The position numbers were made by a program, and so were the translations under genes. The notes below the pieces were generated by a model. It searched no databases, was not told where the DNA came from, and was given only the letters and a program-made list of their open reading frames with translations. Source: Amphiscolops sp. MND2022 (lineage: Eukaryota). From it: a stretch of 64,000 nt of DNA. The DNA lies in NCBI GenBank assembly GCA_964187785.1, contig OZ076409.1:62126001-62190000 (forward strand), read 5' to 3'. Below, piece by piece: positions 51,440 through 63,119 of the stretch. Position 1 is the first letter of the stretch. Each line of letters opens with the position of its first letter.

Positions 51440-53310
51440 GTTGTCACCTTGAAGGAATTCAGTGACGCAGTGATCCTTCCAAGTAAGATCTTCTTCTCAG
51501 TTGGAACCCAAAGAATACATATAGATGTCTTTTGCTCATTTAAGATGAAAGGGATTTTCTCAGTAATTTGTTTTGATTCACCACAAAGAGTTACGATACA
51601 GAAGAAAGTCACTCATTGGAGTTTCTCTCGGTTCTTTTCTGTTTTCCTCCACAGTCAGTTTGTTTTTAAAAATTAGTGTAAATTTAATAACAAGAAAACT
51701 TGATTACAGACCAGAAACCATCTATTTGAGTATCTTCAAGGTGACAGTTCGGAATTGAAATACAAACCTTCTTAACACTATTTTTGCGTAATCAATCAAT
51801 ATAAAAAGGTAATCAGGCTGGTCTAAAGTTGTCAGGGAAATTTACATTGAAAAACGTTGAAACAGAAAAGAGCATTCCTCTTATCAAAAAGAGAAGCAGC
51901 GACGCAGTGATTTCCATGTGGGCTATTCCTATCATTGGAAAGTGGAACAAGACATATGTCTTTTGCTGAATCAATATGTAGGGATTTTTAGCTGAATCAA
52001 TACGGAGGGAATTTGTCTCAGTGGTTTGCTTTGAATCACCACCAGACCTTGGTAATGAATCATTGTCTGAAAAATAACTGCAAGACTTTTTGAATTGATA
52101 ATTTATTGGCGTCCATTCGCAATACCATCTATTTATTTCATTCTATTCATTATATCACAATGATTTGAACTTCAAATTTTGAAGGAATGAAGTTTGTTGT
52201 TTGTATCATATAGTGATGAACGAAAAAGTCTTACTCAAGTGCATTTGGAAGAAAATGAATAATATTGCAATCATTACTTACCTAGGTCTTGTCAGCACAC
52301 AAATTTTTGGCAAAAAAGGTCAGTTCTTGGAGTTCCTCTCATCAAAATGGATGATTAGTTGACGTAGTGATCCTTCCATGTGGGATCTTCGGGGGATTGA
52401 GACCGATGTCTTTTGCTGAATCAATATGAAAGAGTTCTTCGCCAAAGTCGTATACATCGATTCATTTAGCCAGTGTGATAATGTCTGGGATCGATCTTGT
52501 GGTACTAACAGTTTCATCTAGCTTCGCATACCCACGGATTTATCGACGGCGTCATCATCCCCACTTTGCCGTTGCTTTGGACACATTCAAAACATTTTTA
52601 AAACATACATATGACGTTATTCAATTCTTTCATGAATTTATGAAAAGACTAACCATTCATTCATTTGTAAAGATTCAAACTTTTCTTTTGAACAAATGAT
52701 TTTACTTCTTTAAAACAACATTCATTTATTTAACTAACACTTGTAGTTAGTGTAGGGGGGCGAGACAAAAAACAAATACCACTATATCGACATAAAGGCG
52801 GGTGTGAGGAAAAAAAACCAATCAATAAAGAAAAATTATGGAATACTGAAACTTCGTATATACGTTTGGTTGAGAAACAAACGACAAAGATCATTATGAC
52901 GTTATGATAGGGGGTGTTAATTGTTAGTAGGAACTAGCAACTACTAGTTATAAAAACAAGTAAAAAATAAAAACTAACAAACATTGGGAAACAGTGTTTA
53001 TCTAAGGGGGAAAACCACATGGTCCGAACTTCGTTTTTTAGTTCAATGATTCATGATTGGTATTTCATAAACTATTGTTTTCGGTTTGATAAAGTTTCAA
53101 TTTTGTCTAGACTCTTTGTAACAACTTTTTTTGATATTGCTCACGACAGGGATTAAATTTCAACATTGTAAATGCCCTGGCTCAAAAACCCCAGACCAGA
53201 ACAAATAAATTGATCAATTCGTTAACCAATAATTCCGGTGACTGTGCTTTGCTCACGACAGGGACCAAAACAAAACTAATTGAGCAACTATTGATGAGGG
53301 CTGCTTTGAA
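51440..53310. repeat. Right subterminal block of element 2: partial B copies (51440-51620, 51880-52045), then B-C-A
   Basis: GACG(C/T)AGTGAT...GATGTCTTTTGCT repeated three times; matches to 38270-39270. Confidence 0.8.
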
Positions 53311-54329
53311 ATTACATTTTCTCAATATAAGAAACCCGGTGACAGATTGTTATAATGCTACTAATTAGTTGCTACAAGTTACTTTTATTTGCACGTGAAA
53401 TGCATGATGAAGTACACGTATACATGTGAGCAACTTGCATTCAATGCAGGTAATACGTACTATGCACGGTAGAGTTTAGTATTGATAACTAATTATTTGA
53501 TGAACCACTGCTTAATTTGACTGTTTTACGATGTGGTCGTATGAAGTGGAATTAAACTGAACATTGAGTTTTGAATACATATAAACATGGCGTAAGTTAG
53601 TCAAACTTTAACCACATTCCCTTTTTGCAAATTGCAGATCGCTATACTTGCAATAAGTCGAAGTTAGTCGAAGTTTTGACTGAATTACGAAAAAGTGTAT
53701 TTTTGGACTATATTCCACTTTTCACTAATTACGTGCCTTAACTAGTTTACACTATTTTCCATTATAGGACCAAGCTACACCGTCCAGGCATAGACCGCCT
53801 TGACTAACTTACGCTGAATGACCATTTTACGAATTACACAGATTACTCTGCGTGACTACAATCCATTTTACCGGGATGTGTCTCGTAATGTCTGCCTGAC
53901 TATCTGCGGTCTATTGTCCACTGAACTGGGCCAATATTTGGTTTTTCCTTGGTATGGTGGTACCTGTAAAAGATCAAAATGTTATTGGGTTCCCTTATCA
54001 TAATATTGGGCTAATTGCACTGTGATTTTCAATTTTTTTCGAGTTTTGGTGATTTTATTGGACCTTTGGTTGAGGAATATCTTGTAATTCCATCAGTGTA
54101 TGCGGTAATTGACTACATTATCTTAAATTTTTATGGCACCAGGCTGACCATACTCTGGGCTATAAAGGTGCATGGTTCCAGGCTGACCATAGACTGAACC
54201 ATATATGGTCCAGAATATGATCAGGCTGGAAGCATAACACTTTATGGTCCAGAGTATGATCAGCCTGGAATCATACTGTGAGTATGAAGGCAGAGTATGA
54301 TTGACCTGTTTTTGTATGGGAGGGAAACC

Positions 54330-55450
54330 CGGGTGATCTTATTCTAGAAGTCTTTGTTTTATCATGGGTTTCAAGAGGTCAACGTTTATTTTGAATTGAG
54401 GCTAGGTGAACTGAACTCAGAGCTTGTCTCTAGTGTGTTCTCATTCTCCAGTTCTGGAAACGGCGTGTAATGTCCTTCAATTTGTGTTCCTGAGGGCCTG
54501 GTAATATCATTTTTTCATAGTTCCTGATCCCCGTTTGCATAGTGATTTCTGGCGAGATCGATATTTGGAGGAAACGACGGTCCGGCCACCTAGCGTTTTC
54601 TCCTCATCTGGACACGGTGTTATATTCCTTAAATTTCCGTGCCATTTTCATGACTGGTTGGTTTGTTTGTCCATCGCCGTTGTTGACAGTGTACTAATGT
54701 AGTATTGTTCCATTACCGAAACCCGGATTTGAGTCTGGTGATGTGTTCCAATAACATTTTAGCTCCGCTCTTGGTTTTCTTCCATAGTGTCCTTCCAACG
54801 GAGTTTCTTCTAATTTTGTATGGACCGTGTCATCATTGCCATGAGTGGACTAATTCCTCGTTCAAATTACACTCATCATCTAAAATAGTTTACATCAAAT
54901 ATTTCAAAAGTTTCAACTTTGTTCAAGTTCAACTTTTGTCTGGGTTCAAATGTTTCCCTGGTAAGTGAAAATTGAGCGTTGTGCACATTTCCAACCAACA
55001 AGTAAGATTGAAATTTGTAACTTTCTGGGATTTGATGCCATGGCCTTGCCCATGCTCTAGAAAGTTGTCTATGATTTTTAGCTCAATCACGGTTATTTTA
55101 AATAGCACTCACCTATATCTTCACCCACGTCGTTTGTACATTCAGAGTTCAGCTCTGATCTCGTAGATCTTAGGTCCCCTTATAAGTTTGTGGTATCTTT
55201 AAAGTACGTTTTGAAGAATTAAACTACTCGAAGCTGAGAAATTATCCTTTCATTGATCGCTGAATTGAATGCTCCGTGTATTTGAGTATCATAGGTGTCT
55301 CTGATTTCTTGAAGTCGCCTAATAATGCGGTGATTGGTTTCACCAGTAAGAATTTCCAAGGTGTCAATGATTTTTTCACCATTTGCACAATTACATGCAG
55401 ATGAGTACAAAGTTCACGCGTAAATTGCACTCTTATGTCTAAATTACCTG
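54330..55450 (-). mobile_element. Decayed gag-like fragment of an LTR retroelement
   Basis: Broken frames including DTLEILTGETNHRIIRRLQEIRDTYDTQIHGAFNSAINERIISQL; by-eye resemblance only. Confidence 0.3.
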
Positions 55451-55931
55451 TAAAATTTCATGTCGTACACTAAAATGAAGAGGCAACACAAGATAACTGC
55501 ATGTATGTTGTTTATATCTAGAAAAATATATTATGATTACAATCAACTACTCGTTCAGAAATAAAAATATGTGACAATTTAGGTTTGATGAAGTCCAGAT
55601 GATTGATTCTCACTCATAATGGCAGTACACCTGGAGGCAAGGCAGTTCAGTATTTTCTCCTGTCGTCCTGCGACATTTGACCAGAACTATCATCTCAAAA
55701 CTTGAACATTTTCAAACTCAGTAATGACAGGATCATCGAAGGTCCAAGATAGCAATAATGCATCGAAAAACTCATTACGTTGTGGAAATAAAACAAAGAT
55801 TTTCATGCGACTCTATGATTGGAACCATGTGACTTTATACGATCGCATCGTGCAGTTTCCATATATGGAAACAGGGAGTCATATTGTTAGATGTAGGGAA
55901 TTAGGTGCACCATGGAACCATGTGATTCCAG

Positions 55932-56350
55932 GGTTACAGGTCTTAATACCAGACGACAAAATACCAGAGGTCAAAAGACCAGAGGGCATAAAACCACAAA
56001 GTTAAATTACCAGATGGTCAAAATACCATTCAGAAAAATGAAGTTTTAGTGAAATGAATAAAAATATCGGTATAAAATGATTTCAGTGTTTTCAGAATCG
56101 AAAGTATTGCAATAATTAGTTAATGAGATGTGAACAAAGGGACCATTTACTAATTTATGTTTATCAACTCGTAGACATTAGTTACAATAATTAGAAATCA
56201 TACTTCACGTGGTACATTACTTGGTTTCCTAATCCTCTGGTATTTTGACCGTCTGGTAATTTGACCATGTGGTAATTTGACAATGTGGTTTTATGACCTA
56301 TGGTCTTTCGACCTATGGTATTTCGACTTGCGGTATTTTGACCTGACACC
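55932..56350. mobile_element. 419-bp foldback MITE (MULE/Merlin-like) with 15-bp subterminal tandem repeats
   Basis: 8-bp TSD GATTCCAG (55924-31, 56351-58); termini GGTTACAGGTC / revcomp GGTGTCAGGTC; arrays of GGTCAAAATACC-like 15-mers inverted between the arms. Confidence 0.88.
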
Positions 56351-57314
56351 GATTCCAGAAATGTAGGAACAGAAACTTCTATAATTTTTTGCATAAATAG
56401 TCACTGTGCCGAAGAATCCAACGTGAACTGACAAGTCGTCATGAATTGAATAGAAGATAGCAATTGTCTGAGGTTGTTTTCAAACTTCCTCAAGAGAGAT
56501 GCGTTGATAGAAAACATCAACGGATCATACCTACCGGAAGAAATGGGCGTCAAGAGTAAATCTCACTTATCGACAGCTAAAAACTCTAGAAACAATAGAA
56601 ACAAAAAGGCTAAAAAAGAACTCTTTCATTTAACTTTTACCGAGCATTTGGTAACCTGTCCTCGGAAAACAACTACAAGTGATTTCATGTTGAGAATGAA
56701 GAGTTAGAAACCTCATTTGATTTAAAAAATACACAATAAGTTGGAAACTTTTGACCTTTAATATACATCTCGACAGCAAAGTATAATTTTTACGAGTTGT
56801 TACATGCGACAATGTTGAAAGCCATGTAGTTTCACGTACTAAAACGTAGCGAAAACATGAATACCAAGGTTCCATGGATGGAATCGCATAGAATTATTTC
56901 GAATCGTGTTGAATTGTGTTGAATCGAAGGCTCCAAATGTATGGTCAAGTATCAAAACCTCATGCTAAATGAAAGAAACATTTTACTAACATATGACATT
57001 AGTTCGTAACTGTTACGACTATTGTCCGGGGTTGTTTTAGAACTAGTCGCAGTGTATGCTTTCACGGGCGTGGACGTTCTTGCTACGGAGATGTTTTCTG
57101 GTTCAGAGACAGAATCTTGAACATTCGAACAAGCAGGCTGTTTTTTATTCAAAGGTGCTATCAATTTGAGCATTCCCTTCTTGTCACTGAAGTGACTCAT
57201 AACTTCACTAAACTAACTGAAGTGTTTCACGATTTTAGATATAATACTTTTTGACTTTATTTTGACGTAAAGTGTGCCCTCGAAGTACCGACCCTACTTC
57301 ATTTCCAAAAGTGG

Positions 57315-58540
57315 TTGCAAATTCAAGCTGCAGTTGTCGAAAAACTCCAGCCATTCCTCTCCAAAGATACTTCACACAAACCAGATAGCACTGAACGAGA
57401 CTTCCATCGTCCAAAGCCATCTACCTCAACTCCGAAAAAACAACGTTCCTGTCCCCTCTGTAACCAGTTGCACTTCATTGCTGCCTGCCCGCACTACCTC
57501 GAAGCATCTACCTCCGACAAACTTGCGATAGTCCGAAAACACCAACTTTGCTTCAACTGTCTTAGTTGTAGTCACCAGAAAAGTGACTGCCCGTCCCGCA
57601 ATCACTGTTTTGTGCCTGGATGCAGCGCATTGCACCATACTTCGCTTCATCCCGTAGATAAAACCGCTCCTCGCTCTTCACCAACCGTTCGCAGCGCCGA
57701 CACATGTAAACCCTCCTCAAACCCTGGTCGCAGTAGCGACACGAGTCAACCCAGTACTCACGCTCAGAAACGTCACCCATCTAATGACCTACAGAATAGC
57801 CGTCGTTCTCAACAACCGAACCGCTCGAAAAGTCCCCATTTCAACGCAACCGCTATGAATAACGATAACTCCAAACTACCCACCGATCTTTTGTCAGTCT
57901 TGCAAGTCATTCCCGTTTCAACCATGAATGGCAAACAGATCGTCGACACTTACGCTCTTATTGATCCCGGTAGCACGGGAACATACATCGTTGAGAACAT
58001 AGCAAAATCTATAGATCTGAAGACCGATAGGAAGTTCAACATGAACGTTCAATTCTTGAGTGCCTCTAAATCACTGCCCGTTTCTCTCACAAATTTTACA
58101 ATTGCCCTATACGCTGACAACGAAAAGACATTTTCGGTTCAGAATGCATTCTGTACTGACCATATCAATCTCCCCCCAGCTGACACTTACGAACTTAACA
58201 CAATTTGCCAATCCTCACCTCACTTGCGTCACATCAAGTTCCCGGATATCAATAACGGACACATCGGAGTTCTTCTCGGAACCGCCTGTATATCCTTCAC
58301 CTATGCCCTTGAATGGATCCGAGGCTCTGCCAACTACCCTTCTGGGATCCGAACCGAGCTTGGATGGACAATTGCTGGCGAGTTCCATGTTCCACGAAGA
58401 AAGAACAGCCGTCCGATCAATTCTCTCATTTTTTACGCAACCGCTAATCTTAGTCCCGAACAATCCCTCTTCGCATCGCCCAACGTCGATTTTCTCCAAC
58501 ATTTCTGGAATATAGAAAAAACCGCCGTTGAACCGCAAGT
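57315..58540 (+). CDS. BEL/Pao gag C-terminus (three zinc knuckles) and aspartic protease, truncated
   Basis: CPLCNQLHFIAAC, CFNCLSCSHQKSDC, CFVPGCSALHHTSLH; YALIDPGS; TELGWTIAG. Confidence 0.92.
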
Positions 58541-60345
58541 TTCAATCCTTCGCCACACAGTTTCAATCCGTTACTTTTTGGACCGACAGTTGTGTGGTCC
58601 TCGATTGGATCCAATCCCGCAACAAATTGAAGAGTTTTGTCGCCAACAGAGTCGACGAAATCAGACAATCGACATCTCCAGTTGACTGGAGATATGTACC
58701 AACCGAATCGAACCCAGCCGATCATGGCACGAGAGGTTTAAAACCCGACGCTATCCAACAGAAATGGACTCGACCCCCTCCATTTTTGGCCCAACCACCG
58801 CATAAATGGCCGCAACGCCGCCCTCTTTCGCCCGCCAATAGTATTTGCGCAGCCGCTAAAACAAAACTTCAATCCGTTCTTCTGAATGTTAATCGATTTT
58901 CCTCTTGGATTCGTCTCCTTCGCTCAACCGCTCAAGTGTTCCGTTTCGTCCGCCGCCTCCGCCATCGCTCGTCTGACCACAGTCTCATCACCGATGACTT
59001 TCAACGCGCCCAGCACCTGCTTTTCCGACAATCGCAAATTGAGTCGTTTCCCTCCACGATAGCTCAATTGCATAGTGAAGAAACTCTTTCATCGAAAGAC
59101 AAACTTTTACCATACAGCCCAGTTTTGGACGAACACGCCGTTCTGCGTTCCGCCGGTCGCCTCCAGTACGCTCCTCTTCCCTCTTCGACACGCAATCCGA
59201 TCGTTTTAGACGCCCGCAATCGCATTGTACATCTCCTCTTACAACATTATCACGCCGTCTGTCACCACGCCGGGCCAGAATACGTCAAAGCCTTTCTCCA
59301 GCAGCGTTTTCTGATTCTCGGAGTCCGTTGTGCGTTGCGCACACTGAGTCACAGATGCTTCACTTGTCGCCGATTCCGCGCGCAAAACGTAGAACCTAAA
59401 ATGGCCCCACTTCCGTCATACCGTTTTCCGAGCACCGATAAACCGTTCCCGTTCGAAAAAACCGGAGTTGATGTTTTCGGTCCCTTTCTCATCGTGAATG
59501 GCCGAAAAACCGATAAACATTATGGCATCATCTTTAATTGCCTAGTAACACGAGCTTGCCATTTAGAAGCGTGTCCCTCCCTTACAAGCGACAGCTTCTT
59601 GAACGCCTTCCGACGATTCCTCACTAGACGGGGACAACCACGCCTTTTGCGTTCTGACAATGGAACCAACTTTATTGGTGCCCGTCGTTCCCTCCAGGAC
59701 AGCTTGAACGAAGGGATTCGTTATTCCAAAGAAAAAATCTCGCAAGCTGCCGATATACAATGGGATTTCAACCCACCGTTAGCTCCGCATTTCGGTGGAG
59801 CTTGGGAGAGGATGATCCAGACAGCCAAGCGAACACTTCTGATCATCCTGGGATCGCAGAAGCTCACTTTGGATTTCTTCACGACTATTTTAGCAGAAAC
59901 AGAGCTGATGCTCAATTCCCGCCCACTCACTCATGTTGCCGATCAGCCGGATAATGAAGAACCACTGACGCCCAACCACTTCCTACTGCATCGACCCTAT
60001 GCCAACTTACCTCCTGGAGTTTTTGACAGCTCTGAGCAGCCGCTTTCATTTAAATCATGGAAAGAAATTCAGAAAGTGACAAACCACATATGGAAGAGGT
60101 TGCTGAAAGAATACCTCCCTACTCTTCATCCTCGAGGGAAGTGGTCGACTGCCCAACCTCAGCTACGAGTAGGTGATCTTGTCTGGATTCTACGCGATTT
60201 TACGCCTCGTGGAATATGGCCTCTTGGACGAATCGCAGCTACCCACCCTGAGCGAGATGGAGTTGTCCGTGTCTGCACAGTCAAGACAGCCTACGGAACC
60301 TTCGATCGGCCCGCCGTTTCGTTGTCTCGCGTTTTTGCCCCGTGA
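58528..60345 (+). CDS. BEL/Pao RNase H C-terminal end plus complete integrase
   Basis: FWTDS..VLDWI, FVANRV, NPADHGTRG; HHCC (HAVCHH...CFTC); GVDVFGP, SDNG, GGAWER; LTPNHFL; WPLGRI. Confidence 0.95.
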   Translation: MNRKFQSFATQFQSVTFWTDSCVVLDWIQSRNKLKSFVANRVDEIRQSTSPVDWRYVPTESNPADHGTRGLKPDAIQQKWTRPPPFLAQPPHKWPQRRPLSPANSICAAAKTKLQSVLLNVNRFSSWIRLLRSTAQVFRFVRRLRHRSSDHSLITDDFQRAQHLLFRQSQIESFPSTIAQLHSEETLSSKDKLLPYSPVLDEHAVLRSAGRLQYAPLPSSTRNPIVLDARNRIVHLLLQHYHAVCHHAGPEYVKAFLQQRFLILGVRCALRTLSHRCFTCRRFRAQNVEPKMAPLPSYRFPSTDKPFPFEKTGVDVFGPFLIVNGRKTDKHYGIIFNCLVTRACHLEACPSLTSDSFLNAFRRFLTRRGQPRLLRSDNGTNFIGARRSLQDSLNEGIRYSKEKISQAADIQWDFNPPLAPHFGGAWERMIQTAKRTLLIILGSQKLTLDFFTTILAETELMLNSRPLTHVADQPDNEEPLTPNHFLLHRPYANLPPGVFDSSEQPLSFKSWKEIQKVTNHIWKRLLKEYLPTLHPRGKWSTAQPQLRVGDLVWILRDFTPRGIWPLGRIAATHPERDGVVRVCTVKTAYGTFDRPAVSLSRVFAP

Positions 60346-62905
60346 CGGTTCGCTCCGCGACGCTACGCATCATCTTTTTCTCCTTAGCCGCTACGTGCCC
60401 CCCTTCTTCTTCTTTGCAGCTAAGGGGGTGGAGCATGTCACTGAAGTGACTCATAACTTCACTAAACTAACTGAAGTGTTTCACGATTTTATATATAATA
60501 CTTTTTGACTTCCATTGTGTTGTGTTCTCACTGAGAATCAGAACCATTGATAATATAAGAATTGAAAGACTCTTTCTCTTATACTTCTGATTTTCAGCAA
60601 GTAACTTAGTCAAGTCTGACATAATTTCTTTTCTCAAAGATGTTTTTACTTCCTCGAGATTCTCAGGTTCTACTCTGGGAGTTTTGCTAGGTCCAGCTAC
60701 CAGATTCTCAGGCGAGTTATTTTCGGCTACAGAAGCTTCAAAATCTCCAGAAACTAGTACTGCTACAGCTTTCATCTTCTGACTTCTAGTTGTCATTTTT
60801 AACTGAAAGAAAGGAGATCTTTGAGATCAGTGAATTCTTCAAAGAAAAGTTTTTCGTTATTACAACGGAACAGTTTGAACATAAAGCGGTTACAAAAACT
60901 AACTGGGAAATACTGCATGTTCTTACATTATTATACCTTTCAAGCATCATTTGTTCTTCAACTAAAAATTCCTAAGTAACATAAAAATCGGGTTTGTTCA
61001 TCAAAAAGCGCTAACGATTCAAAATATTTCAGTCCCGCGTCGTGAAATCAGGTATCAAAACTCCTAGTTGCGTCGCTATTCCGTAAATTTTGTTGAAATC
61101 TTTTTTTTTCAGGCAATTCCATTTCCTGTTTGTTCTTCAAAATTGCGGCAAAATAAAACTCTAGTTAATATTTTCATCAGCGTAGGCACGCAGGCGTGAT
61201 CAATTAGTCAATTCCCAACTGAGAAAGTTGAAATTCGAAGTAAAAGAATGACTCGCAAAAATTGTGACGGAATCGCAAAGGAGCAAAAAAAATTCGAGAA
61301 TACGATTATTTAGAAATTAATGGGGAACAAATGATGCCAGAAAGATAATGATAATCGGTTATTAACTGCATGAATTGCATGAATTGAACGAACATATTTA
61401 TATCAGCTCAGATTTTGCCTTTAGGTGGGTTCATCAGAAAAAGGTACAAAACTACAAAACTTGAAGTACAAATGTATAGTGGAGAACTAGTTAACAAAAC
61501 AAATTCATTGTTGACGGAAAACGTCCGTCACTTCAATATAAATACAGACAAACAAAACATTAGTGTTATTGGAACAATGATCTAAAGGAGAGAGGAGGAA
61601 ATGATGGTTTGCGACTCTCATAACCTTACGTTGCAACTTCGACGTTAACCCTAAATCATAATTCATATGTGTGAGTTGAATTCTGACCGTAAACATTCTA
61701 AAAGGGTTGTTTGCAAAGTAAGGTAAACGGTATTTTTGCCAACATTATACTTTAAGGTAGCTCTTTATCAGGGAAAACATTTTCATACCCTTCCTTACAG
61801 GACAGCTATTTCCTTAAAATGTTGTCATAAGCATCATTTGAATCCTTCGATTCAAAAGAAGTTTCATTTGAGATTCATTTGACCTATTGCTGCATTACAG
61901 CAACCTTGTAATTCACCCCGTAAATGCTTCGTACGTATCAAGCTTATCTGTGTGTGTTCCACCGGATGCAATCTTACCAACCGTGACGTAGTGTTGACGT
62001 ACGTATTAACATTAGTTATAGCTGAGCAGCGGTGGTTGACGGAGAGAAAGCGAAGAGCGTAAGCAGTTTCATTCTCTTTCTTAGTTAGTCGGCGTTGCTA
62101 GGGGCAACCGAGTACAATTCTTTTGGCTTGAGCTCAAAGAATTCTTTTAAGAAATGACGCTATTGGTCCGTAAAAATAGAAACACCGGTTACTCGCTTAG
62201 TTGAGTGACGCTGTCATATCGTTGTAAACATTAAATTAAAATCACTTGACTGGGATTTTAAGTGGATATTAACAACTACTCTAATCCTGGGAAACAATTC
62301 CCCTATACTATTTTGTATGTTCTTTCACTTTAGATTGTATGAGTTCCGTTGGGATCACGGAATTAAATATTGGTGTTTTCATTTTAGTGTGGAGAAGAAA
62401 GAATTGATCCCATTTCAGAAGATGTTTTCAATTAAGTGTTTAGATTATTATAAAAAATCCAGAAGACGAAACCGGAAATAAGAAATAGCGTTGCACGTGG
62501 AAACATTAGACCGGAAGTTTTAGTTAGTCCAAAAGCATTTCTGAAAATATTTCGTAACGCTTACGTCGTATTTTGTAACTGAAAAATTATCTACAAATAA
62601 TTTATCTGTGCTGTAAGTAGAATTATATTAACTTACTCATTATCGTTAGTTTGGTACTTCGGTTCTAGTTGTATTTGCAATACCCTCATCCTCTGCCTCT
62701 TCCCAATACGTAACAAAAGTCACAACCACGACCGGAAGCGGGACCAGACAGTAACAATGCAGCTAATTTTTGATTGGAGGCTGTTTTTAAAACCCCGAGT
62801 TGAAAGTTAAGAAATAACACAGGATGCTACCAAAATGCTGGAGACTCAATTTCGTTTACAAAAAATCTAATTCGCGATAAGTTTTCACATATTCAATTGG
62901 CACAA

Positions 62906-63080
62906 CATTACGATACACATGCCGGTACGAACTAGCAGGATCCTGCTAGTTCGATTTTTGTCCAATCAGAGCGCGAATATTTTTTTTGGAAGTTTTACAC
63001 TTTTCTCACATTACGCGCATTGATAGGCCGTTACACTCGTTGATTTTGCTACGTACGTTGACTAGTTTACACCATTGGAA
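62906..63080 (+). mobile_element. Orphan left end of a CATTAC-family element
   Basis: Direct match to 37570-37745: CATTACGATACACATGCCGGTACGAACTAGCAGGATCCTGCTAG...CCAATCAGAGCGCGAAT...AGTTTACACCAT. Confidence 0.9.
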
Positions 63081-63119
63081 TTTTCCCTAATTTCGATCAG
63101 AATTACGTTTTTTTTGTTG

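Larger units (their letters stand above)
37570..53890. mobile_element. Giant (~16.3 kb) CATTAC-family TIR element 2
   Basis: TIR CATTACGAGACACAT(G/C)CCGGTAA (22/23); 2-bp TSD TC (37568-69, 53891-92); cargo homologous to element 1; no transposase recognised. Confidence 0.93.
57182..60583 (+). mobile_element. BEL/Pao LTR retrotransposon, internally deleted (no RT)
   Basis: 5-bp TSD CTTCT (57177-81, 60584-88); 3' LTR 60436-60583 preceded by PPT AAGGGGGTGGAG; 5' LTR truncated to 57182-57258 (1 mismatch versus 3' LTR). Confidence 0.95.
57011..62715 (-). mobile_element. LTR-like remnant (probable solo LTR with embedded short ORF) hosting the BEL insertion
   Basis: Termini TGTTACG...CGTAACA. ORF MTTRSQK...LAENQK (60796 down) continues as GMLKLIAP...NSRN once the BEL element is removed. 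Right boundary uncertain (alternative 62750 with GTAAC flanks). Confidence 0.5.

Noticed and set aside
37570..53890. Polinton/Maverick or Helitron identity for the 15-16 kb elements
   Set aside because: No PolB, capsid, ATPase or Rep-helicase motifs seen; short TIRs with 2-bp TSD do not fit.
62749..62755. CA+GTAAC as exact LTR end with 5-bp TSD
   Set aside because: A 7-mer match is plausible by chance over several kb and conflicts with the better inverted terminus at 62715; left unresolved.
37570..63080. Direct repeats at 37570 and 62906 as LTRs of one 25-kb element
   Set aside because: 37570 pairs with an inverted end and TSD at 53890; 62906 is an independent left end.
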